A DNA stretch of 64,000 nt from Tubiluchus corallicola (lineage: Eukaryota > Animalia > Priapulida): NCBI GenBank assembly GCA_030141605.1, contig JAQGDQ010000213.1:248001-312000 (forward strand), given 5' to 3'. Positions 1-13,800 of this stretch are shown here, piece by piece. Made by a program: the position numbers and the translations under genes. The notes below the pieces were generated by a model, which worked only from the letters and a program-made list of their open reading frames with translations, did no database searches and was not told the DNA's origin. Numbering within the stretch: the stretch's first letter is position 1; each line of letters opens with the position of its first letter.

Positions 1-37
<37 letters not shown>
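1..37. repeat. (TTA)n microsatellite, followed by degenerate (GCT/ACT)n
   Basis: Directly visible; intronic, upstream of the pentraxin exon at 163. Confidence 0.95.
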
Positions 38-38
<1 letters not shown>

Positions 39-162
39 CTGCTACTGCTACTGCTGCTTTTGCTGCTGCTGTTACTATATTTTTGAATATTATATAACCT
101 ACCGGTTTTCGAAAATTTTTCTTTCTGCTGCGAAAACATATAATCGCATATCTTTGTTTTAG

Positions 163-586
163 GAGCATCTTAAAAGGTGTGCGTGTCAGAGACGGAGATT
201 GGCACTTTGTTTCTATGTCATGGAGTACTAGTGGAGATGCGATCGCCTGCTTTGATGGCAATTGTCAAACCATAACAGGTTTCGCGACAGGCTACCTACT
301 GGAAGCCAATGGATTTGTAGTTGTTGGCCAAGACCAGGACACAATTCTGGGCGGTTACGATCCTCACCAAAGTTTTGTTGGCGAGCTCAGTAGCTTCAAC
401 ATTATTACGAAGGCGTTTAATGAAACGGAACATCTCCATTTTGCCGAAGAATGCTACATTGACGATGGCGATGTGATCCGTTGGACGGATTTTAGAGCAG
501 CTATTAGAGGAAAATTAAATGTGTACTCGCCCTCTTCTATTTGCGCCAAAAAATTTTTCCTCCAGGCTAATTCTGATGATAAATGA
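163..586 (+). CDS. Terminal coding exon of pentraxin-domain gene A (upstream exons lie outside the window)
   Basis: Acceptor tttgttttag|G at 162 (phase 2, as in paralog B). Peptide DGDWHFVSMSWS...VVVGQDQDTILGGYDPHQSFVGELSSFNI...GDVIRW matches pentraxin motifs WHHxCxTW and GQEQDxxGGxFxxxQSFxGE. Stop TGA at 586; AATAAA at 773. Confidence 0.88.
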
Positions 587-1427
587 AACATTTTTTAACA
601 GTCCAAGTAACTGCACAATCTGCTGTATACCTTTGTAATTGATGCCTTAATACCAGCTAATAATTTTTTTGAAAATTCTTTCTTGTCCTAAAGTTTTGCC
701 AAGTTGTTTGTACATTACAGTTATGTTTTATCTTTATCAATCCCTTTTTGTCTTCAGACATTTGTTAATTGAAATAAATTGCTTTAAAAATCTTGCCTTG
801 TGCGAATTTGTTGTTATTTATTGTTTCTTTTATTTAGGTTATATTTTCATATTTTTGTTTGCAATTAAATTTAAATTCAGCAGATTAGACACGTAACGAC
901 AACCTTTAATTTGAACATATGTAGTAAACTCAAACACCCGTCAAAACAGCGCTGAACAAAGTGCTCTGGTGTTAAAAGCTTGAGTGAAAATGACTAACGC
1001 CAAGTCACAGCTTTCCCCACAGATTTCTTATTTGCTCATCTTGATTGTGATATTGCAATGGTGCGTAGCACAAACGCAAAGCTGTTAAATGTTAGGTAGT
1101 GACAATGTTCTCAAAACTGTGGCAGGTTGTAGGGCTTAACATTCCCATTATGGCTTTTTGGAGGTTATCAAGTTGAACGTTCCCTGTGTGGCTTTTTTGT
1201 GATTACCTGTTAGTGCAAACAAACAAACCGATTGGATGCTGTACTGTGCCCACTCAAATTTTGAGAAATGTATTTTAGGGTGTTACTTTTTCAGTGACCA
1301 ATAATAATTATCCATATACATGTCAACTTACATACCGAACCGGCAGATGCATTTAGTTGTTCCGAGTTATGTATTTTAACTAGACATTTAAGCTATATAA
1401 CTAATACATAATTGTTCAATAATTTTG

Positions 1428-1474
<47 letters not shown>
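1428..1474. repeat. (TA)n(TG)n compound microsatellite
   Basis: Directly visible. Confidence 0.95.
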
Positions 1475-1476
<2 letters not shown>

Positions 1477-1879
1477 ATGTGTAACTTAGGAACTATTATA
1501 AATTTGAACATGAGTTTAAATTAGAAAATTATTTGGTATTGGTAGCGCAGAAAATTCTGTCTTTTGCAAAAAACTGAATCAGTTCGCATACATTGGCTAC
1601 TGAAACAGAAAGGCATCATTAACCAAAGAGCTTCCTGTTAACAAACGCTTACGTATATATTGTAAAGAATCAGCATAGTCATTACAACTATGAGCAGTGG
1701 TAAATATTTGTTTTGGGCAGAAAGCAGCGACCGATTAATGCTATTAATTATTTGTAATTTAATAAACAAATGTTTTTTAAATAGGAAGAATATATAAAAT
1801 TTAGTATTCAGTTTTATTATTACAGTTCAACTATATTTGATGAATACACTTGATTACTTTTGTCTTTATAAATATAAAT

Positions 1880-1976
1880 TTTGTTCATAACACCATTACA
1901 TAATATTCACAATTCATCCAAGTCATCCACGTGCCTCAGTGACTTGGGCAAATCTACTAGCTTTGCTGGCATGCCT

Positions 1977-2016
<40 letters not shown>

Positions 2017-2540
2017 ATCATTTTATTACAACATTACATATATATTACAATATATATCATTTTTATTGCTATTCATAGGACAATTACATCAAATATACAG
2101 ACAGATCAACAAATAAAATAACATTAATTAACATGATTAGTAAGCAACGTGAATAAACGCAACTCAATATACTATTGAGTGAGAGTAAGATATATTAGTA
2201 TGGCGTACAACTCATTTCTGTCAAACAATTAAAACAATTACTTTCTAGAGCCCTTAAACTTCTTTAATGAAATTTACAATCCGTATTTGTTTTTTCTCTA
2301 ACATTACTTCTTACATCTGATGTACAGGAAAAAACGTTAGAAAGAAAATTTTCATTGGTGTAAAAAGTTTTGTACTCATTACAAATTGATGACAAATGAT
2401 AAGCCATTATAGAAGATGCATGAAATCGCGAATTATGAGCACAGAAATTGACTATAGGTTTTTCACTATTTAAGCAATTATGGTAAAACTTAACAAATCG
2501 TTTTTGTGTAACTGTTTTTTATGAATCTGGTGATGTGCGC
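1880..2540 (-). mobile_element. Decayed 3' end of a non-LTR (LINE) retrotransposon with an internal (TA)n tract
   Basis: Minus-strand translation KRFVKFYHNCLNSEKPIVNFCAHNSRFHASSIMAYHLSSICNEYK resembles the C-terminal region of invertebrate LINE ORF2. Boundaries are approximate. Confidence 0.45.
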
Positions 2541-3212
2541 ACCATGTGAAACTCCACCTAATTTCAAATTTTGGGATAAATTTAGCCCAATTAAGAAAAG
2601 GCGAAGAACATCAGCTCCTTAAGCAATGACTGCGCTGTAGAAAGAGTCGGTTTAGTAATAATATCTTAATAAGCTTCAGATATTCACAGTTATATTCCTA
2701 TTTTTTACGATTATAACTGGACGATTAATGTCGGCCATATTAATAATAAAAAATTTCTTCAAGGTAACCACCCCACGTTTTCGGTTGCACTCTATTATTA
2801 AAAAAGTATCTGTGTGTCAAGTATACTTTTCAGGACAGACATGTACGCTTTTCTTTAACTGTACGATTTTCTTTCCGAATTTTATTAGCCCTAATGATTA
2901 TAACCTGTATGTACACTTGCGAGTTGAAATATATATCGCACATGTAGACCTAAAAATAACTTCCGGTACGCTTACGTATAGTATGGATGACTGCTTGTGT
3001 TATTTAAAATGTTTGTATTCTACTGTAATATTCCTTTACAGAAGCCAGTTACAGCCTGATTCTAAGACCCTACACTTACATGCTAATTTTGCCATACTGT
3101 AAGCTTGTTGGAAAACATTTTGTCTAAAAATTTGAAGGTAGTTGAGCAGTTGAAACCAGCGAAAGCATACACTGTTCGTGCATGCGTCAGTTATCCAGGT
3201 AGTTCATTAGGC

Positions 3213-5495
3213 ATGAAGACTTGGACAGGCATCATGTTACGAGAAGTTTTGTCTGCCTTAGGTGAGTTATAATAACGATTTTATTTCGGTGCCTGTAAGA
3301 AGACTGTGAATAAGTTAGTAAAGTACAGCCCAGTAGGCCTAATTTATTGTAATAAAGGGTTGACAGGGTTGATTTACATGCACATAAACAATTTAGAAAT
3401 GTAAGCCTACTGTATGACCTACATTCATACAGTAGGCTTACAAATAATAAAAATGCTGATTTAAAATAGAAATAAAATTGCACTTGAAAAATACAGTGTA
3501 TAGTTTGACTGCTGGAAGTAGTACCTATCTTTATGAACATTATGCAACTAAAGCTATTGCAACAGAAAAGTAATATATTTTTTTCGTTTCGTACTTAAAT
3601 ATGCGGGACTAATTTACGATTAGGCAGATTAAGCTAAATCAATTTGAAAATGTACTTTTTGTTCATTTTACTTGATTTTTATTGGTAAACACAGATTAAA
3701 ATGGTAACAATTAAAAATACTAACTAAGATAAATATTAAAAATACTTTAGCCTAAAAATTTACAATGTAAAATAATCATAATATCTTTCGTCAATTTTAA
3801 AAACAAACAGTGACCTATTTACTTGCAAGTATACAATTTCTTAAACTACACACACACACAGCAGCTCTTTTTAAAGCCTTGTTATCATATGCCAGACTAA
3901 TTCGTCATACTAATTCGTATTTAAAAAAGTTACGAAGAGAGACATATGTCGATCTAAACTGTGCAATATTATATCTTTTATAGGATATCGATATACTGCT
4001 ACAATAAATTCCTCTGTAATACGATTTGAATAAAATACTTTTAATTTCCTTTGAACAGAAATGAAGTCACTACATAGCTCGTGCATAAAATAGTCTTAAC
4101 TTATTAGCAATATTTACATTATCACTATAATCATAGGATATGCGTCCTAGATAGTTTTCACTTTTACTGACACTTTTTTGTAAAACTACGTATTTAAGTG
4201 TAATAGAATTGCATTCACTATTAAAATCCATAAATTATTCCAGAGATATTTGCAAAATTGGATGCAGTAATTAAATTTTATAAATCTAATTAAATTTTTG
4301 CAGTTCTGTCAGCAGTAGTGAGCCTGACAAAAGCGCCGGACCCGCTAAACGAAGTAAATTTGAGTAAGTGCTATTAAACCATATTTCGTCTGTCAAGCAG
4401 TACAGTTTTCTTTTCTTAGGAACTATATATGCAGTAATAGGCCTGCAATATACAATAATAGGCCTACAATATGGTGCAATGCATTCTGAAGACGCCAAAT
4501 GCTTTTCATAAATATATTACGTAGGCCTATGCCAATTATTGTTGAATATAATGGATAATTTTAATTTCAGGTTGCTCATCCTCTTTCATCTGTTATGACG
4601 TGGGCTTTACCAGACTCTCTACAAAGGACATGCTAGCGCTGACAGTACCATTTTCTGAAAGTGGCTTCAAAGAATGTGCCATTGTGTTCGCATTTAGGAC
4701 AACAGATCGGATGCTTCGGCCCATCACTGTCATCTCGTATGCTGTACCTGGCAACCCCTATGAACTAGTAGTCCAGTTTGCGCCCCACCATGAAACATTG
4801 TATGACGACCTTCTCTTAACGTTGGGGCCTCAGACTGTGTAAGTATGTGTAATATCTCAAATTATCCTTTAGTTATTGTTCTACTTGGAGACTGTCATTC
4901 TGTTAGCACTAAAAGATCTGCGCTAAAAGTTTGTCAGTTTCAGGTTTCATTGTCGTTTTGCTTATTCGATTTTACTGTGCTGTTCAAATGTTCCACGAAA
5001 TGGTAGGACATAAATTAAAGCCAGTCATTGTTCAAGCCTGTCACACTAATGGCAATGAAATGGCTTTCTTATTGCAGGGCCATTCGTGAAGATTTTCTGG
5101 TGAGAGACTCGAAGTGGCACCGCATCAGCCTTTCTTGGGAAAGTGATGGTGGCATCTTGCTGTCTTGCGTGGACTCACTGTGCCAGAGTACGACGATCTC
5201 TCCCAATCATATACTTGTACCCAATGGTGTGCTAGTAATTTGCCAGGAACAAGGTTACATGCATGGAGGATATGACCCGATCAATGCTTGCGTCGGTGAA
5301 CTGAGTAATCTGAATATCTACGGGCACGCCCTCACTGGCGAAGAACAAAAAATACGAAATGATCAATGCTGTGTTCTCGATGGAGATGTTCTTAGCTGGT
5401 TTGATGCACGAGCAGCAATTGTTGGTTCAGTTAATGTTTATTCCCCATCATCTCTTTGCACTAGAGAATATTTCAAGGAAGAGGAAGATAAGTAA
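3213..5495 (+). CDS. Pentraxin-domain gene B, probably secreted; 4 coding exons 3213-3261, 4304-4363, 4571-4838, 5078-5495
   Basis: All introns are GT-AG and phase-consistent (1,1,2). The spliced protein begins MKTWTGIMLREVLSALVLSAVVSLTKAP (signal-peptide-like). It then carries pentraxin motifs TVISYAVPGNPYEL, DSKWHRISLSWES, CQEQGYMHGGYD, VGELSNLNIY, GDVLSW. The last exon is colinear with gene A. Confidence 0.82.
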
Positions 5496-7429
5496 TTAAA
5501 AACGGAATCTCAATTTATTAAGGAATCTTTTCACTCAGTTATTAACACCAGATTATTTTATTATGTATACACACGCGTTTTGAAAGCGTAACTAGATTTA
5601 GCAACATTTGTAAATTGTATCTTTTCTGTTTTTTTTTGAGTAAAAATTTACTAAGATGGATTACAGTGTTGGATAATTTATTTACTGTGAACTCGTTGTA
5701 TAGCTAGGGCATCGCCGTGACAAATATATACAAGTACATGAAGACGAATTGTAAGCTTAATGTTTAGGTTATTATCAATGATGGTACAAACTCTCAATTA
5801 ATTGAACTTTGAAACCGAACTTAAAAAGAAAGTATAAAAGAGTTAGGACATTGGCTAAACTTGAACGAAGGATCTTCTGCTCACCCACCAGGCGATCTGG
5901 CTGACCAGAATGTCTCAAAGGCCCAATGACATATTTTTATGTTATTGGAACTACATATTTCCTAATTTTAAAACAGCTCCAATGCATACTTTTATGTAAT
6001 ATGGTAACTTACATTAAGCGCCGTTGGTACTGTAACAAATATTTTTCTTGACATGACACTCAGGAAAAATGCTGTGACGTCACGTAAGGAAGATGCATTT
6101 AACAGCCGCAGTACGGTAGACAACCAGCGGCCCCAGCAAGCAGAGCACTGCGTGAACAGAGCGGTTATTGCTGAGTAATGATTTATCTATTAATAAAAGC
6201 GTTTCATACAATTGTATTTATCTAATTACAAACCTGCATGGAGCACAAATTTATAGTAAAAAACACAGTATGCAATGTTACTGTATTATTATTTAAACTG
6301 AACAGTAGGTGTGCCGAGTACGCGAATTAGGGTGTAAGTAAGCTGCTAGACACTGTTTTGGGTTACATCCATAGTAAATAAGGTAATAAACTTTTTAGCT
6401 AAATTTCATGAAAATTATATGTTTAGGCTAGGTTAGCAGTAGGACATTTTCAACCCTACCGATTTAACGGAAAATCCCGTTTTTAATGTTAACCCCCCTT
6501 TCTTCACATTCTGAAATATTTCTCCCTGTTTTTTTATACGTTACTTTAACGTAAAAATCGTAAAAAACGCGACGGCAGTGAGGATAAAACAGCCTTTCCT
6601 TTTGAGTTAAAAACGTCTGAAAGGCATTTCTTGGCTTTCCGCTTTCTTTTACTTTTGAACCTCACATTAAGTTAGACGTGCATAGGCTCAAAACGTCGAT
6701 AAAGCCCAGGGAACAAAATCTGATATTACTGCCTTACTGTCTAGTTCTTTTCTCGTTGATCGTACCTAAGAATCCCACTGTTATTTTACAATTTCATATA
6801 CTGGAAAACATAAAAACGATCACTCTTTGTCAGAAGCAATGTCTGAACGGCACATAAGGCAAAGATAACTTAAGGAATTTCGGACCGTGATGAGTACCGG
6901 GGTAATTTCGCGATTGCGGCGTCTGCCAGGCAAGCAGAAGGTGCCTACTTCAAATCCAAGCTGTGTTCAAGTCTTTCACTTTTCCTGCTTTTTGAATTTG
7001 GTTTCAAAATTTAATTAATTGTAGGTTTGTACCATCACATGAAGAGAAAATCATGCAGCTGGAACAAAAACAAAACAAACTGCGAAAGAAGCAATTAAAG
7101 CCCGTCAATTAATTCAGGAGAAAGTACGTAATAACCTCATCTTTAGCCTTCTCAAATGCGAGATAGCTTAATCATCCATTACATAATTACGCGTGGACAA
7201 AAGAACACTGAAAATCAGTTCATTTGCAGAGAATCTATAATACTCTCTTTTAAGGTTTACGAGAAAATGGAGTCATCTGTTCTCTTTTTAGTATATTCAA
7301 ATGCTATCAAATCAACATTTAAATTGAACAAGAACATGAATTAATCTAATCTATTTTTGCTATCGCTTGCATAATATTGTTTTACACTGTATGGCACCGT
7401 AAAATGCGTAGAACAGGTGTTACTAGGAC

Positions 7430-7865
7430 CATTAGATGGAATTTTAACCGTGATCAGATGCTCTTGTTCTGGTGCAAAGGTGTACCCTGTTCGCCATCAA
7501 CAAATTCCAGATTCAACCTCTTCCAGATTTTGAATGGAACCCGCTTGTAGTTTTTCTCAGAGAATCGCCTTTGTATAATTCTTTTATTGACACGATTACT
7601 GAGTTAGGGCTAGAACTATTAGTCAAATCTTATACAAGAATTGATAAGCACTCAGCTCAAGAGTATCCTTGACTTAGTCTTATGTGCTGATCTAGGGTTT
7701 GTGTATAAACCCAGTATTTGTGAGCCTGTTCTGACAACTGATCATTTTGCGATAAATTTCTTTTGTCAAGGTCCAATCGCTAAAAGTAAGGAAAATGTTA
7801 CTAGCCCAGTCGTCTTTGATTATGACAAAGCTAATTGGGATGAAACCTTAATATTAGTGGATTAA
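7430..7865 (+). mobile_element. LINE (CR1/L2-like) AP-endonuclease fragment, frameshifted
   Basis: Peptides YTR...ILDLVL...TTDHFAINF...FDYDKANWD match the C-terminal APE motifs (PTR, LDL, SDH) and the following Y-x-KA(D/N)W motif of CR1/L2 ORF2. Confidence 0.65.
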
Positions 7866-8561
7866 GAAACACATAAATCATTGAAAAAACGACTACGTAC
7901 TAATTAGATTATTTTGGTAAGATTCTCCAACACAGTTTTCCATGGAGTACGTAAAAACTAAACCATTTTTTATTCGTTTTAATGTCTCTTAAGTGAAAAA
8001 TACTGAATTGAGTTTACTTAGTGTTTTCATTTGCATGATCATGGCAATTATGTTTGTTGTAGTACGTACTTCTCTAGTGTAACACTTTTGGTTCATTATC
8101 TCAAATTGCTCAAGTATGGCACAGGGCCACCCTTAATATTCTTAAAAAGGACCCTCAGAACACGAGAAAACCACTGAGAAAAAAACTTGCAAATGCAAGG
8201 TTCACCCCATTGGTTGCCGGACTATTTATATGAGGATTTACTAACAGATGTTAAAATAACTAAGCAGGTGTTCCCACGTACAAGTTGTCAAAACTTGTCA
8301 AAACACGAATCGTATAATAAACTTATATTTAAAATAAAATACATAACCAGCGGAAGGACATCATCCCTAGGTAATAGCAATGTTACTAAAGTTTGCACAT
8401 TTTTTACAAATACGCGCAAGCAAAATGTAGGTGCGTGCGTGTACAGCAAGCGAGAAACCCATGCTTCGCATTTCGGACTAGTTTTTAATAGTATTCGTTT
8501 AGTGTTGCTTAAATATAGGTCTTTAGCTGTTTGCTCTAACTTAGCGTAACTATAAAATTCA

Positions 8562-8575
8562 CCACTAGATGGCGA
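8562..8575 (+). promoter_or_regulatory. Candidate CTCF-binding site
   Basis: CCACTAGATGGCGA matches the CTCF core CCASYAGRKGGCRS except at the last base. It lies between the pentraxins and the Lgl 5' end. Confidence 0.35.
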
Positions 8576-9559
8576 AGGACGGTTAAATGCTCAGTAGCTG
8601 TTAAACCGTAACTGCATAATGCCTAGAACAAATAATAGCTCGACTGATGAGTTACTATAGAATAACTTAAATTGTGCCAATGATATGCAACGAAGCAATG
8701 TTATGACCCAGCTTTGAAAATCTATTATTAAATTAATCCCTGAAAATTAAAAAAAAGTGATCCTTAAAACTGTAAAAACCTGGGATAAATATTTTTATAT
8801 TAAGCTGTAATACGAATCGCCCGGTAATTTTAGATACGCGTCACCCATAATTAGTATGCCGAAAAATAAGATTTTTAGCGACGTGCGTAAGTAATGTACA
8901 CGTTGGCATACTGTAGACCTACAAGAATATTGAAAAACTCAAGAACTACACTCATTATGAGAAAATCTTGTGCTGTCAACGTTTACATAATAGCATAATT
9001 ACTTTTAATTAGCCAGAATCAAATGTCAAAACATTAACAATGAGCCTAAACTTTGCCGGTTACCATAACCCAACCTGTCTATATAGCTCTCGTTATGAAT
9101 TTCTATAATTTTTACAAGTTACATTTTTGAGTATTAATGGCTCACTGCACTATACTTGGTAAATCGTACAAGACTAGCGATGAAGCACTTATGTTAATAT
9201 GATTACGTAATTTTTGTTACCCTAGACCGAGAGATTTGCATTCGATTATTAACATGGAAAAAAGGGTTTAACGATCGGATCTAACTGTGTGAAACTGTGA
9301 TTATTGTGAACTTCCCCGTCACTGCCAGCTTTGCGGCCGTAGCGTGGGAAAAGGGCGGCGTAATACAAGGTGTGCATACCAAATAAATTGTTACCTTTAC
9401 GCTTGTATCTAAACCAAGGTAGCAAATAGTTTGTTTCGTCACACCAATAATTGTTGTAATTTTCGTGTTTTTACTTTTCAATTGCAATTGGGGAAACAGT
9501 GAAAAATCATTAAATTTTTGGGCACTATTTTCTTGCCTCGGATAAATAGATGTGCTGTG

Positions 9560-9794
9560 AAGAAAATCGGCTAGTACAGGCGATAAGTCGGCTTTTGGCG
9601 CTGGCGATTTTGGTTGTGTTTTGTGTGGTTAATATTTTGATGTTTCCCGTGGAACTTGTCGTGGCAGGTTATTAGTTTGTTATTTATTTTCCACTTATTC
9701 CTAACTACACGTTTGAATTAAGACACTGGGTGTTGTGAATTTATCCATTCTACTTTTAATTAATAGTTTGTGCTTCATTAAACAAAGCCGACAG
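9560..9794 (+). other. lgl: Putative non-coding first exon (5' UTR) of Lgl
   Basis: Strong donor ACAG|GTGAGC at 9794/9795, locally CpG-richer sequence, GGGCGG near 9353, and acceptor ttttagttacag| at 10700 ahead of the ATG exon. The start coordinate is a guess. Confidence 0.4.
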
Positions 9795-10752
9795 GTGAGC
9801 TATTTAGGTTAGCGTCCCGGGGCACCGGTAAAACGAGTTACGCTGGGCAGCATCGTAGCTATCTATGCCGGCATTCATTGAATAATATAGTGTTCTGTAA
9901 TATGCGCCAGTAGTTGTTTACACTGTTTTATAATACTGATATTGTAGTTAAAGGAGTACCTTATCCAAGAATATCTGGTCCGAACTGAAATCTATCATAA
10001 ATTTTTACCTCTGTAATACACTGCATAATCGTTTTCATTTTCTAATTTGAATTCAACATTGTCTTTATCGTTGCAGTTGTTATTTTGCTTAGATAGCTTG
10101 GGAAGGCCAAACTTTTTTAGTGCAGTGTAGCTTACAGAATTAGCAAAATCAGATAACTGAAATAAGAACTTTTTGGTGTAGTTAGTCAACAGTTTTAGAA
10201 AACTTTCATTCTCTGTTTTGTTGCAAATTTCCTTTTCCTTAAGTCAGTTTTTGTATATGTTTCTCATATGTATTTAACGTTGGTCTGCAAGACAGAGACT
10301 TAAAGTTTATACCTACTTAATGAAACCGTTCTATATGATAAAATGTAGGTACCTCTCAGAGTAATAAAAAAATAAAGTCTTGACCATGTATTTGCACAAT
10401 ACAGCATTTTATAGACCCTAAATTTTGCAGTTAGTTATTTAGTAGTTTGCAGTTTAGTAACAAACTTATTTAAATATACTTTAATATACTTTAGGTCTGT
10501 TTTGTAAAATTTTCATAAAACCATTTAACTGTAACTGCAATACAAATTTAAAGCACCCAGTTATTTGGCTAGTAAAAGGTGTTGCCTCAGAGAAGTGGTA
10601 TAGCCAATATGCTTTGTAAAACTTATTTAACTGAATGCTTTGCCTTTAGTACGGCACCTATTTTAGCCTTGTGATAATTTTGTTTTTATTTTAGTTACAG
10701 TTGGACAACTTGTTGAACATTTTGGATTAGCATTCACATGATCAGCTAGACT

Positions 10753-10887
10753 ATGGATGGAATAGTGAAATTCATTCGATCACATACGTTGCCGACATTG
10801 CAGAATCTTCCACATATTCCTGGTCTTCCCTATCATGAGAGTGAAGCCCGCCAAAAACTTCAAAAAGAGCTATTTGATTTCAAAAAG
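10753..10887 (+). CDS. lgl: Lgl coding exon 1
   Basis: [11 protein letters not shown]...[15 protein letters not shown]|gtaaat, phase 0. Confidence 0.88.
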
Positions 10888-13800
10888 GTAAATTGGCAAA
10901 GAATGGCGGAGTCATTCTTTCATTAAACCCTTTTGTCCTTGTTTGGGTTTTTGTATAGATGCATTTGCACTGAGATAATTGTTGTAAAAAAATGAAAAAG
11001 TGATCATGTGTTTTTACAAATGACCGAACACTGTCTTTGTCCTTGAAAGCTGAAAAACCACAGAAGGTTCCTAACCAAAAGACCGAACAAATGAAAATCG
11101 GTGTCTTGAAACCAACTCTTCAAGTATGGGAGACGGTAAGTCTGGAAGTCGCATATGGTCTGGACAGTTAGTTGACTGCTTTGTGCTTGTCAATTTCAGC
11201 ATTGTTCAGCATTGCAGAGATTAGCTGAATTTGAAACTGAAATATCCAGTTTCTTAAAGAAAGTGCTGGTGTCTTACCCTAGATTAGAATTTATTTGATA
11301 GCTATGCAAACACATTCTGAAAGGGAACATGATTTGCATGTTGGTGTGAAAGTGAGCCTTAACATACGGGTTGCAAAAAACTGTGATTTGCACTTGGTAT
11401 TAATATTAACTGGCCATTGAGAAAGTAAATACACTAGCAAACTGAAAATGTGAGTCTAGTTGGAGTTACTAAAATGAGGAGAAAATGGGAGATAATCAAC
11501 AACCCATGGAACTGCAAAACATAATATAAGTCATGCTGTTGGGTGACTATGCTACTGTATACACAGTTGTTTTGCTTATGAAGAGAACTGTAGCAGTTAT
11601 TCATTGCAAAGATGTGCGAAAAGAAAGCCTAGTAGTGTCATATCAACTCTGCAAATTATATATGTGTCAGTTATCAGTATCATTGATTAGATTATGACTG
11701 TGAATGCCAGAAGTTAACAAACTGATGGGTTTGTTTCTCATCAACTGTTGACCCGTCTATTATCCCCTCAGCTCATTAGCTACAGGGTTAATAATTGTTA
11801 TGAAATAAACCACAATGGTTTATTAGCTTTTGGCATTCGCAATCATAATGTAATTGCAGACCTCAGCAGACTTTGAAGCTTTTTAATGCATTATTACGAT
11901 CACACTGAGAATTCATAGTTATTTTTACATAAAAAAGCTTATAAATTAAATAACTTACCTTTTTCTGGCGAGTATTGAATGCTTGCATTACCATACAGAT
12001 CGCCATGTTCCGCATCTTTGCCACAAGTGAGTGAGAATGACGTACGTAGTGCAGAAAGCATCTTTGGTTACCGATGTTTATTTTCAAAACTTGGCGCATT
12101 TACCCGCATATTACAGAAAGGTGACTTAATGACTGCACTCATTACGTCACTCGTCTCACGCAACATTAACTGGCTGTTCTTCAAATTTAATACCGCTAAC
12201 AAGAAAGTGGTAAAAAAACAAAAGAAACAAGTTTTACAATACGTATATAATAAAACGAATTGAGTATTCCTAATAGGAGTAAGATTTTAGGTTGTAACGG
12301 CTTATATTATAGGGAGGGATTAATTTGACTTTTAATTAATGAGAAAGCATACTGTTATAAACTTTTAAATGTCTAAAACAAGAAACGTTTCTGTTCTAAG
12401 GTTCTCGTTGTAACTTGTAGTTTTGTATGTTACAAAGACTGCTTGACAAGGAATTTCCTATATTTCACTACACCAAATATAATAATAATGCCAGTTCTAC
12501 AGGCTTTGTGTGATAATGTAAAAAAACATTTCACACAAGAGAGTAATTAAAAAAACTTGTGGTTGTGCCTTCACATAAATGGTTTGCAGACTCAGCTCAT
12601 AGTCTGATTGCCACTGAAGTGTTATTGTTGTTTTATTTCACCTCTGATTACAAGCATATATTATTCTCTTTTCTGGGGATGAGCTGCTGAGGTCCGAGAC
12701 TGTTGAAGGAAAACAGAGATAGACTTATTGAAATAACTAAAAATGCTGACTGATGACTAGTGACTAATCTCTAATGTGGGCGGCACTAATCAGGAGCTAC
12801 ATTAGAATGCACCAGTAAAGAAAAAGGAAATGCTGTGGGAAGGTCTTGAGAAAAAACTGCAAAGGCAAGTGATGCAGCTGTAAGCACTCAAATCAACATC
12901 ACTTGACCTATTATTGTCCTGAACCAATACTGGAACTGAGTAAGTGCCTATTTCAGTACTGGTATGAGAAGCATTGCTTCTGGCCAAAATTAGCAAATAC
13001 TGCTGTTAACTATCTCACAATCTCAACTGCTTCAGGCTGCTACCATATTATTTGCTGTGCACAGCTTAACAGATTAATGTATCAGAGAATGAAAGAGGCT
13101 CACTGACGGTCACATACAATACTTTCTGGTCATTGACCATAATTTTTTATGTGGCCCATTGTTAAAATGAAAAAAAAAATGGAATTTATTAGTTTTAATA
13201 TCACTTATTAAATTCTTTTAATTTATTATGTGGCCCATTGTTAAAATGAAAAAAAATGAAATTTATTAATTTTAATATCACTTATTAAATTTATGGAAGA
13301 AGTTATTATTAATCGATAACTTTTATATTCAGATGCAGCAAACTATACTTGGCATGTCTCTAACACTTCCCGATACTACCAACACGTTATCACCTCATCG
13401 CGAAAGAATTGTCAAATGGTGACATAATTTAAGAAAATTATGAATTTGTGTTCTTTGGGATTTCAAATCTACTATTTCAAATCATGGACTTTTGCCCCTA
13501 TGTTTTTTCAATTATTATGTACCAGTATTTTTCATTTTACTATTAATTTTTTATGTTTTATTTAGCTTCTCTCGGCTGCTCCGCCGGTCTAACGGCTAAC
13601 TAGCGGCCAAACCGGCTAGACAATATTGATTTGAGCGTTTTCCAGTTTGCAGTACAGCTAAGCGTGTTATAAAACCCATTGGAAGGCACGGCTTGAAACG
13701 CTGGTTAACACGATTGCTTAATGTTTATAACTCTATGCTGTTTTCTCAAAGTTTTCTAAGGCAGCACTCATAGCGATAATATGATCGAGTTATATAAACG

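Noticed and set aside
1881-2121. ORFs with IYIYIY runs
   Set aside because: These are translations of the (TA)n microsatellite.
6075-6082. CRE palindrome TGACGTCA (also near 28262)
   Set aside because: 8-mers are expected by chance in 64 kb, and there is no supporting context.
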